Source: Thermodesulfobacterium commune DSM 2178 (lineage in GTDB: Bacteria > Desulfobacterota > Thermodesulfobacteria > Thermodesulfobacteriales > Thermodesulfobacteriaceae). Taken from it: 32,000 nt of DNA. Of the stretch, positions 1 to 9,286 are shown piece after piece. The stretch is taken from contig NZ_CP008796.1 in NCBI RefSeq assembly GCF_000734015.1, positions 1,170,001 to 1,202,000 of the forward strand, read 5' to 3'. Position 1 is the stretch's first letter. Every line of letters begins with the position of its first letter. The translations under genes and the position numbers were made by a program. The notes under the pieces are model-generated. The model was not told where the DNA came from. It saw only the letters and a program-made list of their open reading frames with translations, and did not search any database.

Positions 1-2813
1 ACCCAAAGGCCCTTGTTTCTCACCTTGTCCAACACCAGGCTAACCTCCTGCCAGAAATAGAGTTTAAGTTTTTCTTAGACGGAAAAGAATACAGAATCAT
101 AAGAAGGCTTCCTTTCAAAGAAAAAGGTAAAAAATTAAGTCTATGGATAGAAGGCAAATTTTTTTCTGACAAAGAAAAAGAGGTCAACAGTAAAATACAG
201 TCTTTGATAGGGCTTAATGCCGAGCAGTTTAAAAAGGTCTTTCTTATTCCTCAAGGAGAGTATCGTAAAATACTTCTTGCAGAAAAAAAGGAAAGAGAAG
301 AGCTTTTTAAGATCATCTTTGACACCTTTTTGTTTGCCGAGTTAGAAGAGTTTTTTAAACTTAGTCTAAAAGAACTCCAAAACCAGATCAAGTCAAACTT
401 AGACCGGGAAAACCAGATCAAAAAACTGGCTAACATTAACGAATTAAAAGAACTGGAAGATCAAATAAAAGAAACCAAAAAAAATCTTTCAACCTTAGAG
501 GCAGAGGTTAAAAACCTTACTAAGGAAAGAGAAACTCTAAGTCAGGAAATATCAACCAAACAAACCCTCTTGTCTGACCTAAAAACCTTTCGTGAGGTTT
601 TACAAGGGTTAGAGAATCTCTTTGCCTTAGAAAATGAGATAAAACAAAAAGAAAACAGGTTAGAACTTTTAAACACTGTTAAAGATTATTTGCCTTTTTA
701 TGAAGACTTTAAAAAATTTAAACAGGAAATATGGAAAGTAAGGTTTAAAATCAAAGATCTTTCTGCCAAAAAAATAAAACTATCTGCAGTTTTAAACACC
801 CTTTCCCAAAATCTCTCCCAAGTTTTATCTCAAATTCCAGAAATAGAAGACCTGAAGTTAAAAGTAAAGGAGTTGAAACAGTTAGAAGAAAAGCTTAAAG
901 AAAAAACAGCGTTAGAAATATCAGTCGATCAACTTTCTAAGGAGGTTCAGTCTAAAGACGAAGAAATTTTTTCAATCCGGGAAGAAATTAAAAAACTTAA
1001 ACAACTCCTTGAGGAAAACTCAGAAAAATTAAACCTTTTATTAAAAATTCAAAGCTGGCTTAACGAAGAAAAACAAATTAGACAGCTCTTAGAAAAGTTT
1101 ACTAAACTAAACCATTTCTTAAGTAAAAAACCTGAATTAGAAAACAAAGTAGCTAATCTTTCTACTGAAATAGAGAAGTTAGAAAAGCAAAAACAGGAGT
1201 TTGAGGTTAAAAACCTTGCTTTAACGGTTGCTAAAGCTTTAGAAGAAGGAAAACCTTGCCCTGTCTGTGGGTCAACCTCTCATCCCTCTCCCATCACCGA
1301 TAAAAACTTTACTGAAGAATTAAACAATCTAGAAAAAATTTTAACAGAGAAAAAAAGGGATTTTGAACACTACAAAACTCAGTTTCAAACCTTGGAGATA
1401 AGGATTGACACATTACAAACTGAGCTCTCCCCTTATCAGGAAGAAGAATTAAAAGAAAAATTAGCCCAAATAGAAGCACAAAAAAGTGCTTATCCAGAGC
1501 TTGTTTCCCAGTATCAAAAGAATCCTATGATCATTAAAATCCTTGAAGGTAAAATCAAAGAACAAAAAAATATCCTTTCTAAAAAAGAAACAGAAGAAAA
1601 AGACCTCTCTTTAGCCTTAGAAAACCAAAGAAAGAAGCTTTTGCTATCAAAAGGACGCCTGGAAGAATTAACAAATAGTTTAAAAGCTCTCCTTACAGAA
1701 GAGATAAGTTTAGAAGCTTTAAAAAGAAAAATCGTTACCGAAGAAAAAAAGATTACTGAGTTTGAAACCCAAAAAACCGACTTAGAAAAACAGATAAACA
1801 GCCTTACCAACCAAAAAACCGCGATAGAACAGGACTTAAAAAACCAAAAAGAATTTTTGCAGCATCTTTTAACAAACTATAAAGCTAAGGTTTTTAAACT
1901 GTTACCCCTAAAAAGACAAAAAATTATAAACCGGTGGGACGAGTTTGAGGAACTAAAACCTGAGATAGGTAAAATCCAAACCTTAGAAGCTGAAATAAAA
2001 GATTTTTATCAGAAAAAAGAAAGGCTTACAGCAGAAAAGGAAAAATTAACCCAAAAGCTTGAAAGTTTAGGCCTAAAAAACTTAGAGGAAATAGAAGCTC
2101 AACTTGAGGTAATCAGTCAGAATTTAGAAGCATTGACCCAAAAAAAAGAAAGGTTAGAACTTACCTTTAAACGCCTAAATCAGGAAATAGGGATAGCCTA
2201 TCAAAAGTTAGAGCAACTTGAGGGTTATCTCAAAGAATACCAAGAGTTAGGGAAAGAAAGAGAAAGATTAGAAAAAAGATTTGGTTTTTTAAGTAAACTC
2301 TGTGATCTTATTTCAGGGAAAAACCCTAAAGGGATCTCTTTTCATTCCTTTGTAGTTTCTATGTTTGCAAGGACTATTTTTCAAAGGGCTAACGAATATC
2401 TGAAGGAGTTTTCCTTTGGAAGGTATACCTTTGTAGAGGACATGTTTTTGCAAAAAAACGTCTCAATCGAGGTGTTTGACGTTTATACAGGAACCAAGAG
2501 GGAGGTTAAGACCCTTTCAGGAGGTGAGTCTTTTATAGCTACCCTTGCCCTTGCCCTTGGAACTTCAGACGTTATCACCTATCTTTTTAAAACCAAGCCT
2601 TTTGAGTCTCTGTTTATAGACGAAGGGTTTGGTAGCTTGGATGAAAAAACCTTAGAAAAAGTGATAACCATCCTGCTTGGTCTGTCTGAAAAAAGTGGAA
2701 GGATTATCGGGGTTATCTCCCATCTTGAATACATGAAAGAGGTCTTTCCATTGGTTTTGGAGGTGGTAAAAGACCGTAGTCTTGGCAGTAAAATCAGGTT
2801 GATACAGAAGTAG
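1..2813 (+). CDS. sbcC: SbcC/Rad50-family DNA repair ATPase, 5' end off-window
   Basis: The frame of ORF 204..2813 stays open back to nt 3, so the gene enters from upstream and the TTG at 204 is not the true start. It has a very long K/E/L-rich coiled coil and a central CxxC zinc hook (KPCPVCGS, about nt 1254-1274). The C-terminus carries the ABC signature LSGGESF and Walker B/D-loop LFIDEGFGSLD. Confidence 0.85.
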   Translation, partial: PKALVSHLVQHQANLLPEIEFKFFLDGKEYRIIRRLPFKEKGKKLSLWIEGKFFSDKEKEVNSKIQSLIGLNAEQFKKVFLIPQGEYRKILLAEKKEREELFKIIFDTFLFAELEEFFKLSLKELQNQIKSNLDRENQIKKLANINELKELEDQIKETKKNLSTLEAEVKNLTKERETLSQEISTKQTLLSDLKTFREVLQGLENLFALENEIKQKENRLELLNTVKDYLPFYEDFKKFKQEIWKVRFKIKDLSAKKIKLSAVLNTLSQNLSQVLSQIPEIEDLKLKVKELKQLEEKLKEKTALEISVDQLSKEVQSKDEEIFSIREEIKKLKQLLEENSEKLNLLLKIQSWLNEEKQIRQLLEKFTKLNHFLSKKPELENKVANLSTEIEKLEKQKQEFEVKNLALTVAKALEEGKPCPVCGSTSHPSPITDKNFTEELNNLEKILTEKKRDFEHYKTQFQTLEIRIDTLQTELSPYQEEELKEKLAQIEAQKSAYPELVSQYQKNPMIIKILEGKIKEQKNILSKKETEEKDLSLALENQRKKLLLSKGRLEELTNSLKALLTEEISLEALKRKIVTEEKKITEFETQKTDLEKQINSLTNQKTAIEQDLKNQKEFLQHLLTNYKAKVFKLLPLKRQKIINRWDEFEELKPEIGKIQTLEAEIKDFYQKKERLTAEKEKLTQKLESLGLKNLEEIEAQLEVISQNLEALTQKKERLELTFKRLNQEIGIAYQKLEQLEGYLKEYQELGKERERLEKRFGFLSKLCDLISGKNPKGISFHSFVVSMFARTIFQRANEYLKEFSFGRYTFVEDMFLQKNVSIEVFDVYTGTKREVKTLSGGESFIATLALALGTSDVITYLFKTKPFESLFIDEGFGSLDEKTLEKVITILLGLSEKSGRIIGVISHLEYMKEVFPLVLEVVKDRSLGSKIRLIQK

Positions 2814-2814
2814 C

Positions 2815-3450
2815 TTGATGAAAGTAGTGGTATTAGCCGGAGGAAAAGGAGAAAGGATAGGAGGAGATAAGCCTCTAAAGACCTTTTTAGGGAAACCTTT
2901 AGCCTACTGGGTATTTAACATCGCTAAAAAGATTAACCTGCCCGTATATTTCTCAGTAAAAAACACAGACCAAGCCCAAAAAATAGCAGAGGTTTTACAA
3001 AGGCTAAACGTTCCTCTACAAACGATCGATTTTATCTTAGATAAACATCCTGAGCTCGAAGGGCCTATTTCTGGGATATGGTCTGTAGTCTCTAAGTTTA
3101 AGAATGAGGCCATTCTTTTCTTAGCAATAGACCAGCCTCTAGTAGAGCCTGAGTTTCTTAACTGGTTAATCTCCCTCTCAGAAGTTTTTTGCCATAGTTT
3201 TGTGATTCTTTCTAAGGGAGAAGACAAAATCAAACCCTTTCCAGGTATTTATCCTGGGTGGCTAAACGAAGAGATAGAAATTTTTATAAAAATTTCTCCC
3301 AAGTATAGCCTTTTTAGGCTTTTCAATTATCTTATAGATAAAGGAAGGGTTTTGACCTTAGAGGACTCTTATATAAACCCCAGGAACTTCTTAAACCTGA
3401 ACACTTTGGAAGATATTAAGGAAGCGGAGAAATGTTTTTACCTGAGATAG
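2815..3450 (+). CDS. mobA: MobA-like NTP transferase (molybdenum cofactor guanylyltransferase-like)
   Basis: N-terminal VVVLAGGKGERIGGDKPLK nucleotide-binding motif, an internal LAIDQP block, and a size near 210 aa. The likely start is the ATG at 2818, one codon after the TTG. Confidence 0.65.
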   Translation: MMKVVVLAGGKGERIGGDKPLKTFLGKPLAYWVFNIAKKINLPVYFSVKNTDQAQKIAEVLQRLNVPLQTIDFILDKHPELEGPISGIWSVVSKFKNEAILFLAIDQPLVEPEFLNWLISLSEVFCHSFVILSKGEDKIKPFPGIYPGWLNEEIEIFIKISPKYSLFRLFNYLIDKGRVLTLEDSYINPRNFLNLNTLEDIKEAEKCFYLR

Positions 3451-4595
3451 AGGACCCCAAAAACACCAAAGTTTTTCTGGTAGACGATGACGACCAGATA
3501 AGAGCTTCTCTTTCTGAGGTTTTAAGTTTAGAGGGATTTCAGGTTTTTTCTGCTAAGACTGGGCAGGAATTTTTGGCTAAACTTGAAGAGGTAGACCCAG
3601 ACATTGCCCTTATAGATTACCTGCTCCCAGGAGGGTTAGATGGCCTTTCTCTTTGCAAAATCATCAAAAACGACTATAAAACCTTTGACATAGGGGTAAT
3701 CATCATCACAGGAGTAAACGACTTAGAGACCAAGATGAGGTGCCTTGCCGCAGGGGCAGACGACCTCTTAACCAAACCGGTATTTATCCCAGAACTTTTT
3801 GTAAGGATTAAAACCTTAAGCAAAAACAAAAAATACCGGGAATTTCTTAAAAACTACCAGCACAACCTCGAAAAGGAAGTCATACAAAAAACTAGAGAAC
3901 TACAAAAAATCTATTTAGGCCTAAGCGAAGCCCATGAAGAGATAAGAAGGCTTTCGTTAGAACTCATCCAAAGACTTGCCAGGGCAGCTGAATACAGAGA
4001 CGAACATACCGGGGCTCATATCCACCGGATAAGCTTTTACTGTACAAAAATCGCAGAGGCCTTAAACCTTTCTAAGGACCAGATAGAAATCCTTCAGTAT
4101 GCCTCTCCCCTCCATGATATAGGGAAATTAGGTATCCCAGATAAAATCTTACTCAAACCTGGACCTCTTACTCAAAAAGAATGGGAGATAATGAAACTCC
4201 ATACGGTAATTGGAGCCCAGATCTTAGAAGGTTCTAACTTAAAATACCTGAAGGCTGCACAGAAAATTGCCCTTTACCATCACGAAAGATGGGACGGCAG
4301 AGGGTATCCCTTTGGTTTAAAAGGTAAAAAAATTCCCCTTTTTGCAAGGATCGTTGCCATCGCGGATGTATTTGATGCCCTTACCTCCAAAAGACCTTAC
4401 CGAAAAGCTTTACCTTATGATGTAGCCTTTCAGGTGATCAAAAACGAAAAGGGAACACGATTTGATCCAGAACTGGTAGATATCTTCCTTAAAATCAAGC
4501 CAGAACTTGTAGAAATCAAAGTCCTGTTTCAAGATGAAGAAATACCTCATCTTTTTAAACTTTACAAAAAACTTGAAGAAGAGGAAGAATCTTAA
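3432..4595 (+). CDS. Response regulator with REC domain and HD-GYP c-di-GMP phosphodiesterase domain
   Basis: REC domain (VFLVDDDD...IALIDYLLPG...LTKP) followed by HD-GYP hallmarks HDIGKLGIP and HHERWDGRGYP. It overlaps the mobA-like 3' end by 19 nt. Confidence 0.85.
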   Translation: MFLPEIEDPKNTKVFLVDDDDQIRASLSEVLSLEGFQVFSAKTGQEFLAKLEEVDPDIALIDYLLPGGLDGLSLCKIIKNDYKTFDIGVIIITGVNDLETKMRCLAAGADDLLTKPVFIPELFVRIKTLSKNKKYREFLKNYQHNLEKEVIQKTRELQKIYLGLSEAHEEIRRLSLELIQRLARAAEYRDEHTGAHIHRISFYCTKIAEALNLSKDQIEILQYASPLHDIGKLGIPDKILLKPGPLTQKEWEIMKLHTVIGAQILEGSNLKYLKAAQKIALYHHERWDGRGYPFGLKGKKIPLFARIVAIADVFDALTSKRPYRKALPYDVAFQVIKNEKGTRFDPELVDIFLKIKPELVEIKVLFQDEEIPHLFKLYKKLEEEEES

Positions 4596-5401
4596 GTTGA
4601 TGACAAAAGCCTTTTAAAGGTTAAAGCGTCTGAAACTGCATGTCCTAAAGCTGTATTGTCAAAGTAAACCCAGATCTCCTTTACATCAAACTTTTTTAAT
4701 CTTTCAACCAAACCTTGCAACTCATCTTCTTCATACTTAGAAACATAAAGTTGTTTTCTTCCATGCAGTCTTAGATACAAAAAATCAGCAGTTTGGACTT
4801 CATACCACGAAGGATATCTCACCCCGCAGTCAGAAAAACAAAGGCATACCCCTTTTGTCTTAAGTAACTCTGTAAAACCTTCGTAATGAAAAGACTGATT
4901 TCTTATTTCGATAACTATCTGATAATCTAAAGGTAGCACCTCTAAAAAACTTTCTATCAAATCCTTATCAAACCTTAAAGAAGGAGGAAGCTGAAACAAA
5001 AGAACTTTAGCCTTTTCCTTTAAGGCACTTACCCTTTTCAAAAACTCTTTCAGGTCTTCGGAGATATCTTTTAACCGTTTTACATGGGTAATAACCTTTG
5101 GTGCTTTCACTGAAAAGACAAAATCACCAGGGGTTTCCTTATACCATTTTTCTAAGGTTTTAACAGAAGGAAGCTTGTAAAATGTTGCGTTAATTTCTAC
5201 GGTGTTAAAATGGTTAGCGTAGATAGAAAGCCAGTCCTTGGGTTTAGATTCTAAAGGATATAAAATTCCTTTGAAAGAATAATAGCTCCAACCAGAAGTC
5301 CCTATGTAGTATTTCATTCTATAGGTCTTAGGTTTAGATTTCCTCTTTGATTGATAGTTTTTGTTTTTAAAGGTAAAATGTTTTTTAAATTTTACAACCA
5401 T
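4592..5401 (-). CDS. DUF72 (YecE-like) family protein
   Basis: YYIGTSGWSYYSF...FNTVEINATFY is typical of DUF72. The conserved domain begins at the internal ATG at 5317 (MKYYIGTSGW), which may be the real start. The stop overlaps the convergent regulator stop in a shared TTAA. Confidence 0.8.
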   Translation of the reverse strand: MVVKFKKHFTFKNKNYQSKRKSKPKTYRMKYYIGTSGWSYYSFKGILYPLESKPKDWLSIYANHFNTVEINATFYKLPSVKTLEKWYKETPGDFVFSVKAPKVITHVKRLKDISEDLKEFLKRVSALKEKAKVLLFQLPPSLRFDKDLIESFLEVLPLDYQIVIEIRNQSFHYEGFTELLKTKGVCLCFSDCGVRYPSWYEVQTADFLYLRLHGRKQLYVSKYEEDELQGLVERLKKFDVKEIWVYFDNTALGHAVSDALTFKRLLSST

Positions 5402-5421
5402 CTGAAAATAGACCTTGCAGG

Positions 5422-5709
5422 ATGAAAAAAAGTTTTAAAAGTCTTAAAGATTTAAAGCTTTTTACCAAAAAACTATTCAAAGAACGGTTTAAAGGATTGC
5501 CTGAAGGGGTTAAAATAGAGGTTGAGGCTTTAGAAATAAATCCGCCTCAGGTGAGGATTTTTCTTCCCTTTTACTCTGAGGGGAATCTTATCAGGTGTAA
5601 TGAAGTGGATTTTTTTGTGGAGGAGCTGATGGACTTAGGGATAAAGGCTGAGGTGGTTTATCTTGACGACAGCCTTGAGTTAGAAGGACTTGAGTTAAAG
5701 GGGCTGTGA
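5422..5709 (+). CDS. Hypothetical 95-aa protein, translationally coupled to mqnB
   Basis: The open frame ends in TGATG overlapping the mqnB start. I recognise no motif. Confidence 0.4.
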   Translation: MKKSFKSLKDLKLFTKKLFKERFKGLPEGVKIEVEALEINPPQVRIFLPFYSEGNLIRCNEVDFFVEELMDLGIKAEVVYLDDSLELEGLELKGL

Positions 5710-6329
5710 TGAAAGAACCCTTTTTTCTTGTACCTTCAGAGTTTGAAGCTTCAGCCCTTTCGGGTTTAGACGTAAAATATGGCTTAACAGGTATAGGGTT
5801 GGTTGAAGCTTCTCTTACCTCTATACTTCTTTTTCAAAAACAACCCAACCAGAGGTTTGTGCTTATCGGATGGGCAGGAGGTTATCCTGATACCGGATTA
5901 AAGGAAGGAGACATAGTCATTGCCTCAAAAGAGGTGTGGGTTGACTTTGGAAGGTGCTATAAAGACCGTTATGAAGGCCTACCAGATAAACTAAAAGTAA
6001 AAAGAGAGATAGAGTTTAACCCGGTTTTGACCGAAAGGGCAGAAAACTTGCTTAAAGCTAAAGGATTTAGGCCTGTGGTTGGTCCTATGGCTACGGTGTG
6101 TGCTACCTCTTATGACCCTGAAAGAAGTCTTTTTTTTAGAAACCAGTTTAACGTGATTGCGGAGAATATGGAAGGATTTGGAGTAGCCAAGGCTGCAGAA
6201 ACATTTAAGGTTGCCCTCTTAGAAATTAGGGTAATAAGTAATCTCTTAGACAGTCCTGATAAACCCTGGGATTTTCAGGTTGCTTCTAAAGTTTTAAGAG
6301 AGGTGGTTTTATGCCTGAAAAAGCTTTAG
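5706..6329 (+). CDS. mqnB: Futalosine hydrolase (nucleoside phosphorylase fold)
   Basis: PNP/UDP-phosphorylase-like pattern (GIGLVEA, GWAGGY, ENMEGFGVA), about 205 aa, lying directly upstream of and overlapping mqnD. The likely start is the ATG at 5709. Confidence 0.7.
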   Translation: MMKEPFFLVPSEFEASALSGLDVKYGLTGIGLVEASLTSILLFQKQPNQRFVLIGWAGGYPDTGLKEGDIVIASKEVWVDFGRCYKDRYEGLPDKLKVKREIEFNPVLTERAENLLKAKGFRPVVGPMATVCATSYDPERSLFFRNQFNVIAENMEGFGVAKAAETFKVALLEIRVISNLLDSPDKPWDFQVASKVLREVVLCLKKL

Positions 6330-7138
6330 AGATAGCCCTTTCTCCCTGCCCAAACGATGTTTTTATCTTGTCTGGGCTTATCTTAAAAAAGGTAGACCCT
6401 GGTATAAACTTAGCTTTCCGGTTTGAAGACATAGAAACCCTTAATCAGTTAGGGTTAGCTGGAGAAATCTCTGTTATCAAAACCTCTTTTGCCATCTGGG
6501 ATAAACTCTATCAAAGGTATGACCTTATGCCTGTAGGGGCAGCCTTGGGTTTTGGGGTTGGGCCTTTGGTTGTGGGGTTAAAACCTTATGATTTGGAAGA
6601 TTTCCCTGAGCTTACTGTGGCTATACCAGGGGAGCATACCACCGCTCATCTGCTTTTTCGTTTTTTTTATCAGGGAGAAATAAAAAAAGAGTTTATTCGG
6701 TATGACCAGGTTATCCCTTATCTGTTAGAAAACAAAACCGAGCTTGGGGTTTTGATACACGAAGGCAGGTTTGTTTATCAAAGATACGGTCTTTACAAGA
6801 TATGCGACCTTGGAGATTACTGGGAAAAACAAACTGAAGCTCCGGTGCCTTTGGGAGGTTTTTTTATCAAAAAAGACCTTCCTTCTGAGGTAAAGCAAAC
6901 ACTTGTCAATGCCTTTAGAGAAAGCCTTCTTTGGGCTCAAAAAAACTGGGAAGAGGTTTTACCCTTATTAAAGTCTTATGCCCAGGAACTTGACGAAAAG
7001 GTTATAAAACTTCATGTAGAAACCTATGTAACTGAACACAGCTTTGATTTCAAAGAAAACTCTTTAAAAGGGTTGACGTATTTAAAAAACTTCTTAAAAA
7101 TAGAAAAAGACATCAACAAATTAATCTGGAGAGGCTAA
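6311..7138 (+). CDS. mqnD: 1,4-dihydroxy-6-naphthoate synthase (MqnA/MqnD family)
   Basis: N-terminal SPCPNDVF motif, FEDIETLN and GAALGFGVGPLVV blocks characteristic of MqnD; about 275 aa. Confidence 0.8.
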   Translation: MPEKALEIALSPCPNDVFILSGLILKKVDPGINLAFRFEDIETLNQLGLAGEISVIKTSFAIWDKLYQRYDLMPVGAALGFGVGPLVVGLKPYDLEDFPELTVAIPGEHTTAHLLFRFFYQGEIKKEFIRYDQVIPYLLENKTELGVLIHEGRFVYQRYGLYKICDLGDYWEKQTEAPVPLGGFFIKKDLPSEVKQTLVNAFRESLLWAQKNWEEVLPLLKSYAQELDEKVIKLHVETYVTEHSFDFKENSLKGLTYLKNFLKIEKDINKLIWRG

Positions 7139-7828
7139 ATGGAATTCTGGAAGCTTTTTTGGCAAACAGGATACGTTGGTAAGGCTGTACTTTTGGTACT
7201 AGTCTTTTTTAGCGTCCAGAGCTGGTATTATATCCTTGCCAACTACTTCAGGTATAGAGCTTTTATCAACGACCTTTCAGACTTTAACAGAAACCTCGAA
7301 AACACCAGAGACTTTGTTAGTTTGATCAAAATGGTCAAATCCTTAGACCAGAGCCTGATTTCAAAGAGTATAAAAAGGTTGGTAGCAAGCTTTGGAGAAA
7401 TCTATGATTATTATTTGCGCAACAATCAACCTAAGATCTCTGATGAGAAGTTAAAAATCACCTTTGCTGAAAAAGAGCTTGAAGATTTAATTTTATTAGA
7501 AAAGGAGCGGATGCTTTTAAACCTAAGACATGGGTTAGGTTTTCTTGCAACTACTGGCAATGTGGCTCCCTTTATAGGACTTTTTGGGACAGTATGGGGT
7601 ATCATGAAGGCCTTTCATGACATCGGATTAAAAGGAAGTGCAAGTCTGGCTACCGTTGCTCCTGGTATTGCAGAGGCTCTTATCAACACTGCCATGGGAC
7701 TTTTCTGTGCTATCCCGGCTGTGATGGCTTATAACTACTTTCTGTTAAAAAACGAAAGGGTCAACAAGGAACTGGAGGTTGTGTTAAAAAAGTTTTTCTT
7801 GGGATTAAAAAGAGGATTTTTGAGTTGA
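7139..7828 (+). CDS. MotA/TolQ/ExbB-family proton channel protein
   Basis: An N-terminal TM segment, a long cytoplasmic loop, then the conserved FLATTGNVAPFIGLFGTVWGIM and ATVAPGIAEALINTAMGL blocks. The ATG directly follows the mqnD stop (TAAATG). No TolR/ExbD-like ORF follows. Confidence 0.75.
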   Translation: MEFWKLFWQTGYVGKAVLLVLVFFSVQSWYYILANYFRYRAFINDLSDFNRNLENTRDFVSLIKMVKSLDQSLISKSIKRLVASFGEIYDYYLRNNQPKISDEKLKITFAEKELEDLILLEKERMLLNLRHGLGFLATTGNVAPFIGLFGTVWGIMKAFHDIGLKGSASLATVAPGIAEALINTAMGLFCAIPAVMAYNYFLLKNERVNKELEVVLKKFFLGLKRGFLS

Positions 7829-7900
7829 GGGTTCTTGCAGTTTTAGGTTTTTGAGGTAGTGTATTTATTTATTTACTAAAATATTAACAAGGAGGGTAAC

Positions 7901-8224
7901 ATGGGAGCACCAAAGGTAACAGATGAGACTTTTGAAACCGAGGTTCTCAAATCTCCTATTCCTGTGCTGGTAGATTTTTGGGCTGCCTGGTGTGGTCCTT
8001 GTAGGGTGATTGCACCTATCATAGATGAGTTGGCTGAGGAGTTTGAAGGGAAAGTTAAGGTGATGAAGTTAAACGTAGACGAAAACCCGGTTACTCCAGG
8101 GAAATATGGAATAAGAGCCATCCCTACCCTTATCATCTTTAAAAACGGAGAACCTGTAGAGGTAATCGTAGGTGCGGTTTCTAAAAACACCATAGTAAAC
8201 GCCTTAAATAAAGTCTTAGCTTAA
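7901..8224 (+). CDS. trxA: Thioredoxin
   Basis: 107 aa with the WCGPC active site, the [15 protein letters not shown] block, and a strong AAGGAGGG RBS upstream. Confidence 0.95.
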   Translation: MGAPKVTDETFETEVLKSPIPVLVDFWAAWCGPCRVIAPIIDELAEEFEGKVKVMKLNVDENPVTPGKYGIRAIPTLIIFKNGEPVEVIVGAVSKNTIVNALNKVLA

Positions 8225-8229
8225 ATGAT

Positions 8230-9012
8230 ATGGATAAAAAAAACAATCTAACCATTATCCTTTGCTGGTTTTTAGTTTTTGGACTGCTTTTTGGTCTTTA
8301 TGGTTGTGGAACTATCTCTAAGATTGGCTCACAGCTTACCTCAAGGTTAGAAAAAGAAGTTTCTAAGAAAGCAGATAAAGAAGAGGAAGAAGACTTAGCA
8401 ACCCTTTTAAGAGAGGCTGAGAGGCTTTTTAACAGAGGAAGTTATGATTTAGCTTATGAATACTACAAAAAAATAAGCGATATGTATCCAGGAAGTCCTC
8501 AGGCCATCCTGGCTGAGCTCAGGATGGCTGACTCCAAGTTTTGGGCAGGAGAATATTTAGAGGCACTCTCCCTTTATGAGTCTTTTGAAAAATTTTATCC
8601 TAACAACGAGGCCATCCCCTATGTGATTTTTCAAATAGGCACATGCTATTATAAGCTTAAGCTAAGTTATGACCGCGATCAATCTTATGCCAAAAAGGCG
8701 ATAGAAACCTATGAAAGATTACTACAAAACTATCCCAAGAGCCCTTACAGGGCTGAAGCTGCTAAAAGGATTAAGGAACTCCGAGAACAGTTAGCTACCC
8801 ATGAATTTTATGTAGCGCAGTTCTACTACAAATTAGGATACTATCGTGCAGCTTACAACCGGGTGCTTTACATCCTTAACAACTTTTCTGACACCGATGT
8901 CTATCAACAAGCCCAAAAGGTAGCTTCTCTTTATTATCAAAAGGCTTTACTTGAAACCAAAGAACTTGCTGAAGGGACTAAAAAAGACTTCTGGGGGGAT
9001 AGATTCCCTTAA
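8230..9012 (+). CDS. bamD: Outer membrane protein assembly factor BamD (TPR lipoprotein)
   Basis: Signal peptide ending in the lipobox-like GLYGC. TPR-like repeats with the BamD-typical YPGSPQA, YPNNE and YPKSPY helices; about 260 aa. Confidence 0.75.
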   Translation: MDKKNNLTIILCWFLVFGLLFGLYGCGTISKIGSQLTSRLEKEVSKKADKEEEEDLATLLREAERLFNRGSYDLAYEYYKKISDMYPGSPQAILAELRMADSKFWAGEYLEALSLYESFEKFYPNNEAIPYVIFQIGTCYYKLKLSYDRDQSYAKKAIETYERLLQNYPKSPYRAEAAKRIKELREQLATHEFYVAQFYYKLGYYRAAYNRVLYILNNFSDTDVYQQAQKVASLYYQKALLETKELAEGTKKDFWGDRFP

Positions 9013-9043
9013 GATTTTTTAAATAAAATAAATCCTATTTCGT

Positions 9044-9286
9044 TTATTCGGGAAATTTAAAATCAATTTCTTTAGGTGGTTTTTCTTCTGTGTTAGGTTC
9101 TTCTCCTATAGAAATTCCTTCCTGGATAGAGGGCTTTTCTTCAAAGTCATCAATCGATAAGAAAGGCTCGTTAGCAGGGCGAGGGAAGTGGCCCAAAACT
9201 TCAAGGATAAGGGTCATACTGTTCCCGCATCGTAAACACTGGGTATACTCCTCAGAAAACACATAACCACACTTAGGACATTTCAT
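9044..9286 (-). CDS. Small zinc-ribbon protein with acidic tail
   Basis: CPKCG...CLRCG four-cysteine ribbon in the first 22 aa. A G-rich RBS (AGAGGGGG) sits about 7 nt upstream of the ATG. The start overlaps the last 14 nt of secA. Confidence 0.5.
   Translation of the reverse strand: MKCPKCGYVFSEEYTQCLRCGNSMTLILEVLGHFPRPANEPFLSIDDFEEKPSIQEGISIGEEPNTEEKPPKEIDFKFPE

Noticed and set aside
251-1810. Antisense ORFs inside sbcC (251-436 and 1514-1810, minus strand)
   Set aside because: Low-complexity S/F/K-rich translations are the expected mirror of a K/E-rich coiled-coil gene. They have no motifs or RBS and lie fully inside a confidently called gene.
2904-3233. 109-aa minus-strand ORF inside the mobA-like gene, plus similar antisense ORFs at 6725-6940 and 7876-8193
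   Set aside because: They are embedded antisense to genes with clear family motifs (mobA-like, mqnD, trxA) and have no recognisable features of their own.
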